NCBI GenBank assembly: GCA_014729085.1
Contig: WJKM01000019.1
Coordinates: 836-64,835, forward strand
Direction: 5' to 3'
From: Candidatus Dojkabacteria bacterium
GTDB taxonomy: Bacteria > Patescibacteriota > Dojkabacteria > B142 > WJKM01
DNA: 64,000 nt
Shown piece by piece: positions 8,906 through 17,901 of this stretch. The notes under the pieces are model-generated. The model ran no database searches. It was given only the letters and a program-made list of their open reading frames with translations, and was not told the origin of the DNA. Positions within the stretch are counted from its first letter, which is position 1; each line of letters begins with the position of its first letter. The position numbers and the translations under genes are program-made.

Positions 8906-9613
8906 TTAATAGGTAACATGCACCTCATGGATCCATATCTTCTCAGGTCTTAACAACATATACTTAACCACATCTGCAAGATCAGCGGGATCAGTAAATT
9001 TGTCAATAGGTACTTCTTCCTCCGTTTTTTCAAACATTTTCGTATTTGTTCCACTTTGATAAACTGCCCCAACTCTTACATTTGTGTCTTTCAAATCTTC
9101 CTTTAGTACATCAGTAAAACCCTTAACACCCCACTTGCTAGCTGTATAAACTGACTGTCCTTTCTGAGCTGTGACACCTGATTTGGATGAAATATTTATA
9201 ATTGCTGCATCTTCTTCCTCTCTTAAAATTGGAAGTGTGGATTGAGTAACATGAATAACTGCTGTTAAATTTGTCGCAATTACTTCCTCAATAGTCTCAG
9301 GGTGTATTTCATCTAAGTCCATCATTTTTTGCCAAATTCCAGCATTATTAATTAAGATATTAATTTTCCCAAAGTCATTCTTTATTGATTCTACTGCAGA
9401 TCCAATTCTTTCTTTGTCTTTCAAATCACAAATATAATATTTAACTTTTGGACTTCCTAATTGTTCACATTCTGATTTGACTTGTTCCAGTCGTTTTTCT
9501 GACCTGGCAACTAATGCAATTTCCACTTCTTCTTCTGCCAACCTCAAAGCTATCTGTTTACCTATTCCATCGCTAGAACCTGTGATAATCGCAACCTTAT
9601 TTTTAAGTTTCAC
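8906..9613 (-). CDS. Short-chain dehydrogenase/reductase
   Basis: TGSSDGIG, NNAG and YTASK (YxxxK) motifs. Confidence 0.93.
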   Translation of the reverse strand: MKLKNKVAIITGSSDGIGKQIALRLAEEEVEIALVARSEKRLEQVKSECEQLGSPKVKYYICDLKDKERIGSAVESIKNDFGKINILINNAGIWQKMMDLDEIHPETIEEVIATNLTAVIHVTQSTLPILREEEDAAIINISSKSGVTAQKGQSVYTASKWGVKGFTDVLKEDLKDTNVRVGAVYQSGTNTKMFEKTEEEVPIDKFTDPADLADVVKYMLLRPEKIWIHEVHVTY

Positions 9614-9672
9614 TATTTTTTTATTAATAATTTAAAATAGAAATTACTACAAAAATAATATAATTATTGACT

Positions 9673-10506
9673 TTAATACAAATCAGATAATTTCTGCCTC
9701 AATTGCCTTAAGGCTTCTTTGACCTCTTCACCATCATCAGTCCAATCATGGTACTCGAATTTATTCTCCATAAAATCTACACCTTTTCCAGGAGTTGTAT
9801 GTGCAATAATTAAAGTAGGCTGTTTTTTAATCTTGTTTACAAATTCAAAACAAGATAATAAATGCTCTATATTATGACCGTTTACATCTAAAACCATCCA
9901 GCCAAAATCCTCATATTTATTTTTCAAATCACCCAGAGGCATAATATCTGAAATATTCCCATCTATTTGAATCTTGTTGTAATCAATTATGCCAACTAAA
10001 TTATCAAGGAAATATTTGGATGCTGACATTGCAGCTTCCCAAGTCTGTCCCTCTTGTTGTTCACCATCTGACATTATGCAGAAAACTTTATTCTTCATTT
10101 TTTTCATTTTCAGACCTAATGCAACTCCAACAGCTTGAGACAGACCATGCCCAAGCATACCGCTTGAATTCTCGACTCCAGGTATATTTATTTTGGGATG
10201 TCCCTGCAATAATGAATCAACTTTTCTGAGCTTATCTAGTTTTTTTCTATCAAAATATCCTATATTGGCTAAAATTGCGTACCAAATAGGACAGATATGG
10301 CCATTTGATACTAAAATGTAATCCCTTTCTTTCCAGTCTGGTTTTTTAGGATCAATATTGGCTATTTCATTGTATAAAAGAGTAAAAATCTCTGCCATGC
10401 CAAATGCACCCCCGACATGGCCGGATCCCGCTTTATCAAGCATTTTGATCACATCTATTTTCAGCTCTATAGATTTCTTTTTAAGTTCTTTGATTTTTTT
10501 ATTCAT
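9673..10506 (-). CDS. Transketolase, N-terminal (ThDP-binding) subunit
   Basis: GSGHVGG, SNGH, LQGHP and SDGEQQEGQTWEA motifs. Confidence 0.93.
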   Translation of the reverse strand: MNKKIKELKKKSIELKIDVIKMLDKAGSGHVGGAFGMAEIFTLLYNEIANIDPKKPDWKERDYILVSNGHICPIWYAILANIGYFDRKKLDKLRKVDSLLQGHPKINIPGVENSSGMLGHGLSQAVGVALGLKMKKMKNKVFCIMSDGEQQEGQTWEAAMSASKYFLDNLVGIIDYNKIQIDGNISDIMPLGDLKNKYEDFGWMVLDVNGHNIEHLLSCFEFVNKIKKQPTLIIAHTTPGKGVDFMENKFEYHDWTDDGEEVKEALRQLRQKLSDLY

Positions 10507-10525
10507 AATAAATTTTATATTATTT

Positions 10526-11020
10526 CTAAGTTACTTTTTTAGTCATATCAATAAAAGTTTCTTTATACCCGCTTTTCTTATATATGTCATGAGCAATATG
10601 ATTGCCCGCCGCAACTCCCAGTTTCAGTATTTTACATCCTTTCGAAAGCAAATATTTTTCCATTTTCTTAAAAAGAGTAGATCCAATCCCTTTGTTACGA
10701 TACTTCTCTTTAATAAAAATCCTTGAAATTTCGCCAACCTTGTTATCACCTAATTCAATCAAAGACCTTTCTGTTTTCTCTTTAATATAACAAGCTCCAA
10801 ATCCAATTAAATGTTCTTTATATTCTACTACATAAAAAATTCCATTATTAGAATTTACCTTATCCAAAATATATCTAACAAAAAACTCACCATAATTGGT
10901 ATCTGTTTTTCTTAAATCAAAAGGATACAATTTAATATGATAATCTTCATTGATAACCATTAAATTCAACAGATCTTGATAATCTGACTTATTATATTCC
11001 CTTATTTGATAACCTTGCAT
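10526..11020 (-). CDS. GNAT family acetyltransferase
   Basis: FIKEKYRNKGIGSTL acetyl-CoA motif; N...YKKSGY. Confidence 0.9.
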   Translation of the reverse strand: MQGYQIREYNKSDYQDLLNLMVINEDYHIKLYPFDLRKTDTNYGEFFVRYILDKVNSNNGIFYVVEYKEHLIGFGACYIKEKTERSLIELGDNKVGEISRIFIKEKYRNKGIGSTLFKKMEKYLLSKGCKILKLGVAAGNHIAHDIYKKSGYKETFIDMTKKVT

Positions 11021-11036
11021 AGCAATTATATTAAGT

Positions 11037-11531
11037 TTAGATTGCTTTAATCATCTCTCTAAAAAACACTTTATATCTATATTTTTTATACATATTAAAA
11101 GCTCTTTTATTAGGACCAAAGACACTAAGTAATATAAACTTGCATCCTTTTTGTTTTAACCAATCTTCCATTTTATCCATAAGCTCACTTCCAATTCCCT
11201 GATTTCTATAAATTTTCTTAATAAAAAACTTACTGATTTTACCAATTTTTTCTATTCGTAACTCCAGTAGTTCCTGATCATTATAAGTCTTTACATAACA
11301 GGAACCACAACCAATGACCTCATTCTTGTATTCAACTATATAAATCTTTCCCTTTCCACTAATATGCCTTTCTAATTGTTTCTTAATAATCACTTCTCCA
11401 TACCCGTTCTTTCTTTCCCTCAGTCCTGTAAAATCCATATTGATATGGAAATCCTGATTCTTTAGGAGTATTTCTTTCAAGGCTTCTCTATCCTCCTGAA
11501 TGTACTCTCTGATTTTATAATCCAAACTCAT
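11037..11531 (-). CDS. GNAT family acetyltransferase (tandem paralog)
   Basis: FIKKIYRNQGIGSEL motif; same length as and clearly similar to its neighbour. Confidence 0.9.
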   Translation of the reverse strand: MSLDYKIREYIQEDREALKEILLKNQDFHINMDFTGLRERKNGYGEVIIKKQLERHISGKGKIYIVEYKNEVIGCGSCYVKTYNDQELLELRIEKIGKISKFFIKKIYRNQGIGSELMDKMEDWLKQKGCKFILLSVFGPNKRAFNMYKKYRYKVFFREMIKAI

Positions 11532-11561
11532 GTTTAGTTATTAATAAAAATAATTTGATAT

Positions 11562-12182
11562 TTAAAGATTTTTTAAAAAAATTCTCAACTCTTTATATAT
11601 TTCCGCATGCCCTTTAGCGTTTGCATGAAGACCATCTTCTGCAAGATAAGAGTTATAGTCTATTTTCAACCATTTGCTCATAATATCTAGATAAGGTATT
11701 TCGTTTTCTTTACAAATTTCTTTTGCAATATTTTCGTACTTAATAACCTCGTATAGCAAATAATATATGTCTTTTCCTTGGATCGGTGTTGTCTTTGAGT
11801 CATCTATTGGATATACACCAATGAAAATAGTATCAGCAATTTCTAATGATTTTTCTATTATCTTTTTGATATTTTTTTTATAGAGATCTTCAAAAATATC
11901 GGGCGGATTATTTTTATCTTCAACTCTCTTACAATCATTGGAACCAAGAGACCATATAATAAGCCTGGGATTCCTAGGTATTATTTCTTCGGACATACGT
12001 TCTAAATAATCATTAGTGTTATTTCCAGATATTCCCAAGTTATAGACTTTTGTGTTCTTTAATTGTTGCGACTCAAGCCACATCCTAAATCTATGAACAA
12101 ACCCACCTTCTTCAGTATCGCACCTACCATAAACGGAGCTAGCACCAATAAATACAACGGGTCCCTCGAGTTTCATCTTCAT
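11562..12182 (-). CDS. SGNH/GDSL hydrolase
   Basis: FIGASS, NLGISG, LGSND and DGLH blocks. Confidence 0.88.
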   Translation of the reverse strand: MKMKLEGPVVFIGASSVYGRCDTEEGGFVHRFRMWLESQQLKNTKVYNLGISGNNTNDYLERMSEEIIPRNPRLIIWSLGSNDCKRVEDKNNPPDIFEDLYKKNIKKIIEKSLEIADTIFIGVYPIDDSKTTPIQGKDIYYLLYEVIKYENIAKEICKENEIPYLDIMSKWLKIDYNSYLAEDGLHANAKGHAEIYKELRIFLKNL

Positions 12183-12270
12183 ATTTTTTGTAAATATTAA
12201 TATATAGTATAATTTTCCTGCATATTTCCCAAATATTTGGAAATTAAAAATTATTTATTAATTAGATTAT

Positions 12271-13425
12271 ATGAAAATTAGAAAAATATTTCCTTTAGTA
12301 TTCATAATTTCTTTTATAGTTATAGGAGCAACTTTTTATTATAAAAACATTTCAGCAGCTACAAAAGAATACAAAATAGGAGATCAAGGCATACGTCTAA
12401 CCCTAGGATACTGCGACTTTGATTTGATGTGGTGTTATGGTGAAGAAGGTGATCCTCAACTCGAAGTAGAAAGTGGAGTTTCTCAATGGATTACAATGTA
12501 TACGCAGTACAACGATGCCGATGCTTGTATCTCGACTACATTAGAATATCCAAGTAATGATATGATTCTTGTGAATTCGGCTTCCAGACCATATAAAGTA
12601 TCCTCTGAAATCAAGGATGGTTCTATGATTCAGCATTCAATACTTACTCAAGCAGGAGGGGACAGATTTACTCCTACAAGTCAACAAACTCTTATGGATT
12701 GGACTTTTTATATAAATCCATCTCAGCCAAAAACAATAACTCTTTATCAGAATGTAGAAATATATGATTCAACATGCACAACAAAGCAGGAAACTTTGTC
12801 TATTCCTCTCGAGATTATTGTAACTACAGGATCTGGTGAACAACAACCAAGCGATAAATTAACGGACATAAATGGTGATCAATTTGAAACTTATATTAGA
12901 AGTCTTGCAAATGAATTAATTGTATCTGGATATTCCGATAATACATATAGATCGGGAACTCATGTTACGAGAAATCAAATGGCTAAATTTGTAACCAATG
13001 CATTTAATTTTACTGTCAATCGTGGTGGTACTGCATTTCCTGACGTTCCAATCAATGAGGATGCTTTCAATCCGATAGAACTTGCCTGGTATGTACAAAC
13101 TTTAAAAAATCTTGAAATCATCAGCGGATATTCAGATGGATATTACAAACCTGAAAATCTTGTAACTAGAGGTCAGGTTACAAAATATATAGTTAATTCC
13201 TTAATTGAAAAAGGCGTATCTGTTGATTTATCACTAACACCTAACTATCCTGATGTACCAGCTGACCATACTTTTGCAAAAGAGATAGCGTATCTCTCAA
13301 GTGTTACAGTAGATGGAGAAAAAGTTATTAGAGGTTACTCTAATGGAAATTATGGTCCAGATGATCCACTAACAAGAGGACAAATGGCAAAAATAATTGA
13401 CAACTCAAGAAAAATCTTAGATTAA
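12271..13425 (+). CDS. Secreted protein with three C-terminal S-layer homology (SLH) domains
   Basis: Signal peptide; three GYSD/N...TRxQ repeats. Confidence 0.88.
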   Translation: MKIRKIFPLVFIISFIVIGATFYYKNISAATKEYKIGDQGIRLTLGYCDFDLMWCYGEEGDPQLEVESGVSQWITMYTQYNDADACISTTLEYPSNDMILVNSASRPYKVSSEIKDGSMIQHSILTQAGGDRFTPTSQQTLMDWTFYINPSQPKTITLYQNVEIYDSTCTTKQETLSIPLEIIVTTGSGEQQPSDKLTDINGDQFETYIRSLANELIVSGYSDNTYRSGTHVTRNQMAKFVTNAFNFTVNRGGTAFPDVPINEDAFNPIELAWYVQTLKNLEIISGYSDGYYKPENLVTRGQVTKYIVNSLIEKGVSVDLSLTPNYPDVPADHTFAKEIAYLSSVTVDGEKVIRGYSNGNYGPDDPLTRGQMAKIIDNSRKILD

Positions 13426-13433
13426 CTTTAAAC

Positions 13434-13462
13434 TTGAACAGGGACATATTGTCCCTGTTCAA
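13434..13462. terminator. Perfect hairpin between convergent genes
   Basis: TTGAACAGGGACA-TAT-TGTCCCTGTTCAA. Confidence 0.8.
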
Positions 13463-13463
13463 A

Positions 13464-14756
13464 TCATACTGCTTTAAATCTTTCAATTAAGGATTTCGTA
13501 ATATATTCATCTTCTCCAAAAACACTTATCATAGATAAATTATCACCTCCATCGGTTCCAGGATCTTGAACCACCACAATAATACCTTCCGGATTACCAT
13601 TCTGATTTAACCTAAATCCTTTAGGCTGACCTGTGCTCGTATCATAACTTATCAAGCCTAGACCTAACTCGTCGAGATGCTGTTGAAGTTCTTTACCATT
13701 ATAATTTGGTACTTCATTTTCATATAACAATGCAGTTTCTGCAAACTTTGGTTCTAATCCCGCCTCTCTTAAAACTTCCATTTGATAATACAAATACATA
13801 TTACCTGGCATTCTGATATTTGGATCAAGCAGTGCCATTTCCTCTTCATCAGATTCATTCTTATAGATTGCAAAATCAAGTCCAAAAATAACAGGTTTTG
13901 AACCAAATCTCTCTTCCAGTATCCCAGCAAATTTATCAGCATAAATAAGAGCTTCCCGAGTGAATTTATCGGTATTTTCGGGATTACCATTTCTATATGG
14001 TAAAGTGTTTCCTCTCCATCTATTGTCATCTTCTGGTTTATCCCTTTCTTTCATGACTCCAAGTACTCCATTCATATACTGAACAGACATTGTGTGATCG
14101 ATATCAAGTCTTTCCTCTACAACTACGGGAAAACTTTCTACTTCTTCAAAATTTGTAGTGATCCCATTCCCATCTGTACCACCTGGGTCTTTAAAAATAC
14201 AGTCTTTACCTAACTTTTTGAAAAGTAAAATGATTCTTTGAGCTTCTTCCTTTGTTTTACAAAGTGCTCCGGGAGCAACTGGAATTCCTTCAACACTCCC
14301 AGTGTTTTCTAATTCTATTGGGTTATTTATATTTTTGGAACTTCGATGTAAAACTTCTTTACCAATATTGAGAGATGAGGGATTTCCAATAATCTTTGCT
14401 CCTCCTACCTGCTCGATTTCACGCTCAATTTCATTACTATTCCTATACAAAAAAATGCTTGGACTATCAATTCCATATCTAGATTCCAAAAGATCAATAT
14501 TATCAAGATCTATAATTTTATATTCAATGTCAAGCACATCATGAAAATCCATAGCTGTCCAGATGGAATTTTGAAGTACCGAGTCCTCTCCTTTCCTTAT
14601 TAAGTCGCCAAGCCGGGCCCGAAGAGCCGGGGCCATATGTGCTCCGCGACCTCGAACCCACTCTGCATATTTCTCCGGTATTCCAAACGGTTCCGGATAT
14701 GAAATAAGATTATTCTCCTTCACTATTTGGTTGTATGTTCTTGTTTCATAGGTCAT
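13464..14756 (-). CDS. Divergent ATP-grasp-like protein (putative amide/peptide ligase)
   Basis: FKDPGGTDGNG, VVVEE, MSVQ, WRGN, GLDFAI and DPNIR motifs parallel those of 5837..7678. Confidence 0.65.
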   Translation of the reverse strand: MTYETRTYNQIVKENNLISYPEPFGIPEKYAEWVRGRGAHMAPALRARLGDLIRKGEDSVLQNSIWTAMDFHDVLDIEYKIIDLDNIDLLESRYGIDSPSIFLYRNSNEIEREIEQVGGAKIIGNPSSLNIGKEVLHRSSKNINNPIELENTGSVEGIPVAPGALCKTKEEAQRIILLFKKLGKDCIFKDPGGTDGNGITTNFEEVESFPVVVEERLDIDHTMSVQYMNGVLGVMKERDKPEDDNRWRGNTLPYRNGNPENTDKFTREALIYADKFAGILEERFGSKPVIFGLDFAIYKNESDEEEMALLDPNIRMPGNMYLYYQMEVLREAGLEPKFAETALLYENEVPNYNGKELQQHLDELGLGLISYDTSTGQPKGFRLNQNGNPEGIIVVVQDPGTDGGDNLSMISVFGEDEYITKSLIERFKAV

Positions 14757-14797
14757 CTCATCAGTAGATAATATACTAAAAATATTGAACCTGCTGT

Positions 14798-15517
14798 TTA
14801 ATTATTTCTGTAGTAATAGTCAACTATATTTTCGGCTAAAACTTCCATGGAGTTTATAACTCTACCTCCAAGAGCTTCATAATTAATAGCTAAAGGTAAT
14901 TCGGTACATCCCAAAATTATGCCCTCAGCTCCCTTATCAATAAAATCATTAAGAATATTGATATATTTTTTTCTCTCCTTTCCGTTATCTTCTCCGGCCA
15001 TTATTAACCCTATTATTTCTTTTATTGTATTTTGTTGATTCGAATCCGGAATAATTGGTTTAATCCCTTCTGCCATTAACGCTTGAGAGTACAGTCCATA
15101 TTTTAAAGCAACCGGACTTGCTAATACTCCAACTTTTTTATATTCAAGGTTACGGACTTCCTTAACTACTGACTCAATAATTGAAATAAATTCGATATTG
15201 GTCTTTTCCTGTAATTCATTTAACAAAACATGAACTGTGTTACATGCAATACATAGCTTTTTCGCTCCTGCATTTTCAAGTATCTTTACAGACTTAGTAA
15301 GCATTTCGGTTGACTGCGAAATCATTTCTGTATTTGAAATAAAATCAGGTATGGGTATAGATTCAATAATCATATATGGGTAATCCTCATTTTTTTCAGC
15401 TCCATATTTTCTTTGTGATTGTTTAGTAATATAGTTATAAAAACACATTGTTGCCTGTGGACCTACCCCTCCTATAATTCCTATTTTTTTCGTTTTTATT
15501 GTTTTACTATTTTTCAT
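14798..15517 (-). CDS. Asp/Glu-racemase family amino-acid racemase (second copy)
   Basis: IGIIGGVGPQAT, IACNTVH and LGCTELP motifs; start moved to ATG at 15517, downstream of the terminator. Confidence 0.9.
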   Translation of the reverse strand: MKNSKTIKTKKIGIIGGVGPQATMCFYNYITKQSQRKYGAEKNEDYPYMIIESIPIPDFISNTEMISQSTEMLTKSVKILENAGAKKLCIACNTVHVLLNELQEKTNIEFISIIESVVKEVRNLEYKKVGVLASPVALKYGLYSQALMAEGIKPIIPDSNQQNTIKEIIGLIMAGEDNGKERKKYINILNDFIDKGAEGIILGCTELPLAINYEALGGRVINSMEVLAENIVDYYYRNN

Positions 15518-15543
15518 GGACAAATAAATATTCAAATTAAAAT

Positions 15544-15570
15544 AAAAAAATCTCCGAATACGGAGATTTT
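15544..15570 (-). terminator. Attenuator terminator of the Trp leader after trpR
   Basis: AAAATCTCCG-TATT-CGGAGATTTTTTT; antiterminator GAGTACGGG can pair with TCCGTATTC. Confidence 0.88.
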
Positions 15571-15595
15571 CAAATAAACACAATTATACCCGTAC

Positions 15596-15655
15596 TCAGC
15601 AGAGTCGAGTTTTCCACCATTTGTTATTTATTTGTTTAAAAAATTTGTTGTACAT
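15596..15655 (-). CDS. Trp attenuator leader peptide MYNKFFKQINNKWWKTRLC
   Basis: ATG 6 nt after the trpR stop; tandem TGG TGG as in TrpL. Confidence 0.88.
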   Translation of the reverse strand: MYNKFFKQINNKWWKTRLC

Positions 15656-15661
15656 ATTTAT

Positions 15662-15934
15662 TTACTTTTGTAAAATTTTGAACCTTCCTTTTTGTAATTC
15701 TTTGGATCCTCTTGTTACAGTTGCAATACCAACGCCTAATTCTTCCGCTATTTCTCTCTGAGGAATTCCCTGAATCAACATTTTTACTATTTGAACTCTG
15801 ATTGGAATATCCCTAATCTCTTTAAATGTCAACAATCCTTCTAAAAAATCTGCCATTACTTCTTTATCCTCTATTTTTAAAAGTATTTCAACCAATTCAT
15901 TTAAAAATTGTTTGTTTTTTGTATCTTTGTACAT
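15662..15934 (-). CDS. trpR: Trp repressor-like protein (TrpR/YerC family)
   Basis: FLEGLLTFKE...R and PQREIAEELGVGIATVTRGS HTH; start is probably ATG at 15934, just below the promoter. Confidence 0.88.
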   Translation of the reverse strand: MYKDTKNKQFLNELVEILLKIEDKEVMADFLEGLLTFKEIRDIPIRVQIVKMLIQGIPQREIAEELGVGIATVTRGSKELQKGRFKILQK

Positions 15935-15936
15935 AC

Positions 15937-15970
15937 GTACTAGTATACTAGAATTCAAATATTTTGTCAA
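15937..15970 (-). promoter_or_regulatory. trpR promoter with overlapping TrpR operator
   Basis: TTGACA-17nt-TATACT; palindrome CTAGTATACTAG within GTACTAGTATACTAGAAT resembles the idealised trp operator GTACTAGTTAACTAGTAC and covers the -10 box. Confidence 0.85.
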
Positions 15971-16062
15971 CTAATATTTATATAAGCTACAATGATGTAT
16001 ATCTTTACTTTTAATTAAAAAAATCTAATAATAGAATACTTATATATTTTATTTTCACTAAT

Positions 16063-17745
16063 ATGAAAAAAATCAACGTTCAACTTATTATTGCATTCAT
16101 CTTCTTAGTATTTTTTGTTCCCTTAAATCAAGTCTCAGCAGAAGCTTCCGGAGAAATAATCGAAGATGGTACTGTGGATTACGCCGATATCGATCCAGAA
16201 AGTGATATCGTAACTGAATGTATGGGAGTATTTGTAGATATGAACCAAGCAGACATTTTTTGTCCCTATGCTGAATACCTATATCATCAGAAAGTAATTT
16301 CTGGAAATCAACAAAGGGAATATATGGCCGAAAATTCTTTGACTAGAGGAGCACTTGCAAAATATGTTGTAAATGCTTTTGATATTCCAATTAAACTTGA
16401 AACTGAACCATTCCCAGATGTTTCCGAAGATCACACCTTTTATAACTATATTATGGCTCTAAAACATGCAGGAATAATTAATGGTTATTCCGATGGTAAT
16501 TATAAACCGGATAGATATGTAACTCGAGGAGAACTTTCAAAATTTATAGTTAATGTAACAGAATCTGAAAAACCGGATTTATTTGCCAACATTTGTGTTT
16601 GCGAAAAAATAACCTTAGAGGATGGCGAGTCGATTTATGCATGTCCTAAATGTGCCAAAGACGTAGAGGTTTTCCCAGATGTAACTTTTGAAAATGTCTT
16701 CTATACATATATTATTAAATTGTATAGTGCAACTAAAGACGATAATAATTTTTTAAAAATTATTGGGGGTTATTCCGATGGTACTTTTCGACCAGAAGCA
16801 AATGTAACAAGAGGACAAGTTGCAAAAATCGTAGCAAATACAATGAAATTTGGTTCTTTTAGAAATATCAAATGTGCACGCTATTTTTGCCAGGATAGAT
16901 TTGATGAAAACTTGCTGGAACCTGATTTACCTGAAAATATGGAGGTAATAAAGGATTTTTCGAATATTTCTAATGCACAGATCTCAGATATTGAAATAGT
17001 AAATTCAGATGTCTACATATCAGATTATGGAAATGGAGAAATATATAAATTAAATCAATATGGAGATAATTCAGAAACTATAGCTCAAAACCTTACTTCA
17101 CCTTTATCAATATCTGTCTCAGATCTAAATGAATTACTATTTATTCAAGATAATTCAGATCAGGTTGTAGGAATAGTTAAGCTAGATTCAAATAATGAAC
17201 TTAGATTTATTGATGGTGTTACACAATCCAATCTAGGTGACGCCTTCGAACTAGACGCTTATACAGTTGGTACCAATGATTATCGTGTCTATGCAATCAC
17301 TACCTCAAACTTAGTAAAACAGATGAATCAAAGTGGAGATTCTTATGGATTACCAAGTTTACGTATGGACCGAAACGATCTCAACCAACTTCAGGATATT
17401 GAAATATACGATGGAAGAATATATCTCGTTATTCAAGATCAAGGATTTGTTACATATTATGGAAGCTCACAAGAAACAAATACAATCTCGGGCCTTCCAG
17501 AAGAAGGTACTTTAGATAATGTTTCTAGTATTTCCATTAAAAATGGATATATTTATCTCGGTGATTCAATCAATGAGAAAATATATGAATTAAAAATGAG
17601 TGATTTTAGTAATTCAGTTATTGATTTTACTAATCAATATGATTTATCAAATATTTCAGGAGAGATTCATGATCTGGTTCCTGATAATACAAATACATAT
17701 CTGTATGTGATTGTAGATAATAAATTAGTAAAAATTGGATTATAA
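16063..17745 (+). CDS. Secreted SLH-domain protein with C-terminal beta-propeller-like region
   Basis: Signal peptide; three SLH repeats (TRGAL, TRGEL, TRGQV); NHL-like YISD/YLGDS repeats. Confidence 0.82.
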   Translation: MKKINVQLIIAFIFLVFFVPLNQVSAEASGEIIEDGTVDYADIDPESDIVTECMGVFVDMNQADIFCPYAEYLYHQKVISGNQQREYMAENSLTRGALAKYVVNAFDIPIKLETEPFPDVSEDHTFYNYIMALKHAGIINGYSDGNYKPDRYVTRGELSKFIVNVTESEKPDLFANICVCEKITLEDGESIYACPKCAKDVEVFPDVTFENVFYTYIIKLYSATKDDNNFLKIIGGYSDGTFRPEANVTRGQVAKIVANTMKFGSFRNIKCARYFCQDRFDENLLEPDLPENMEVIKDFSNISNAQISDIEIVNSDVYISDYGNGEIYKLNQYGDNSETIAQNLTSPLSISVSDLNELLFIQDNSDQVVGIVKLDSNNELRFIDGVTQSNLGDAFELDAYTVGTNDYRVYAITTSNLVKQMNQSGDSYGLPSLRMDRNDLNQLQDIEIYDGRIYLVIQDQGFVTYYGSSQETNTISGLPEEGTLDNVSSISIKNGYIYLGDSINEKIYELKMSDFSNSVIDFTNQYDLSNISGEIHDLVPDNTNTYLYVIVDNKLVKIGL

Positions 17746-17768
17746 ATATTACCTCTGTGATTGTTTTC

Positions 17769-17800
17769 AAAAAGAGTAAGTAAACACTTACTCTTTTTTT
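17769..17800 (+). terminator. Intrinsic terminator
   Basis: AAAAGAGTAAG-TAAACA-CTTACTCTTTTTTT. Confidence 0.85.
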
Positions 17801-17901
17801 ATTGTCTTCCAGATATCTAAGAACTAATCATGATTATATATAGACAGTATATATAAACTTATAGTATAATAATATATATTATATTATCAATATATATTAT
17901 T

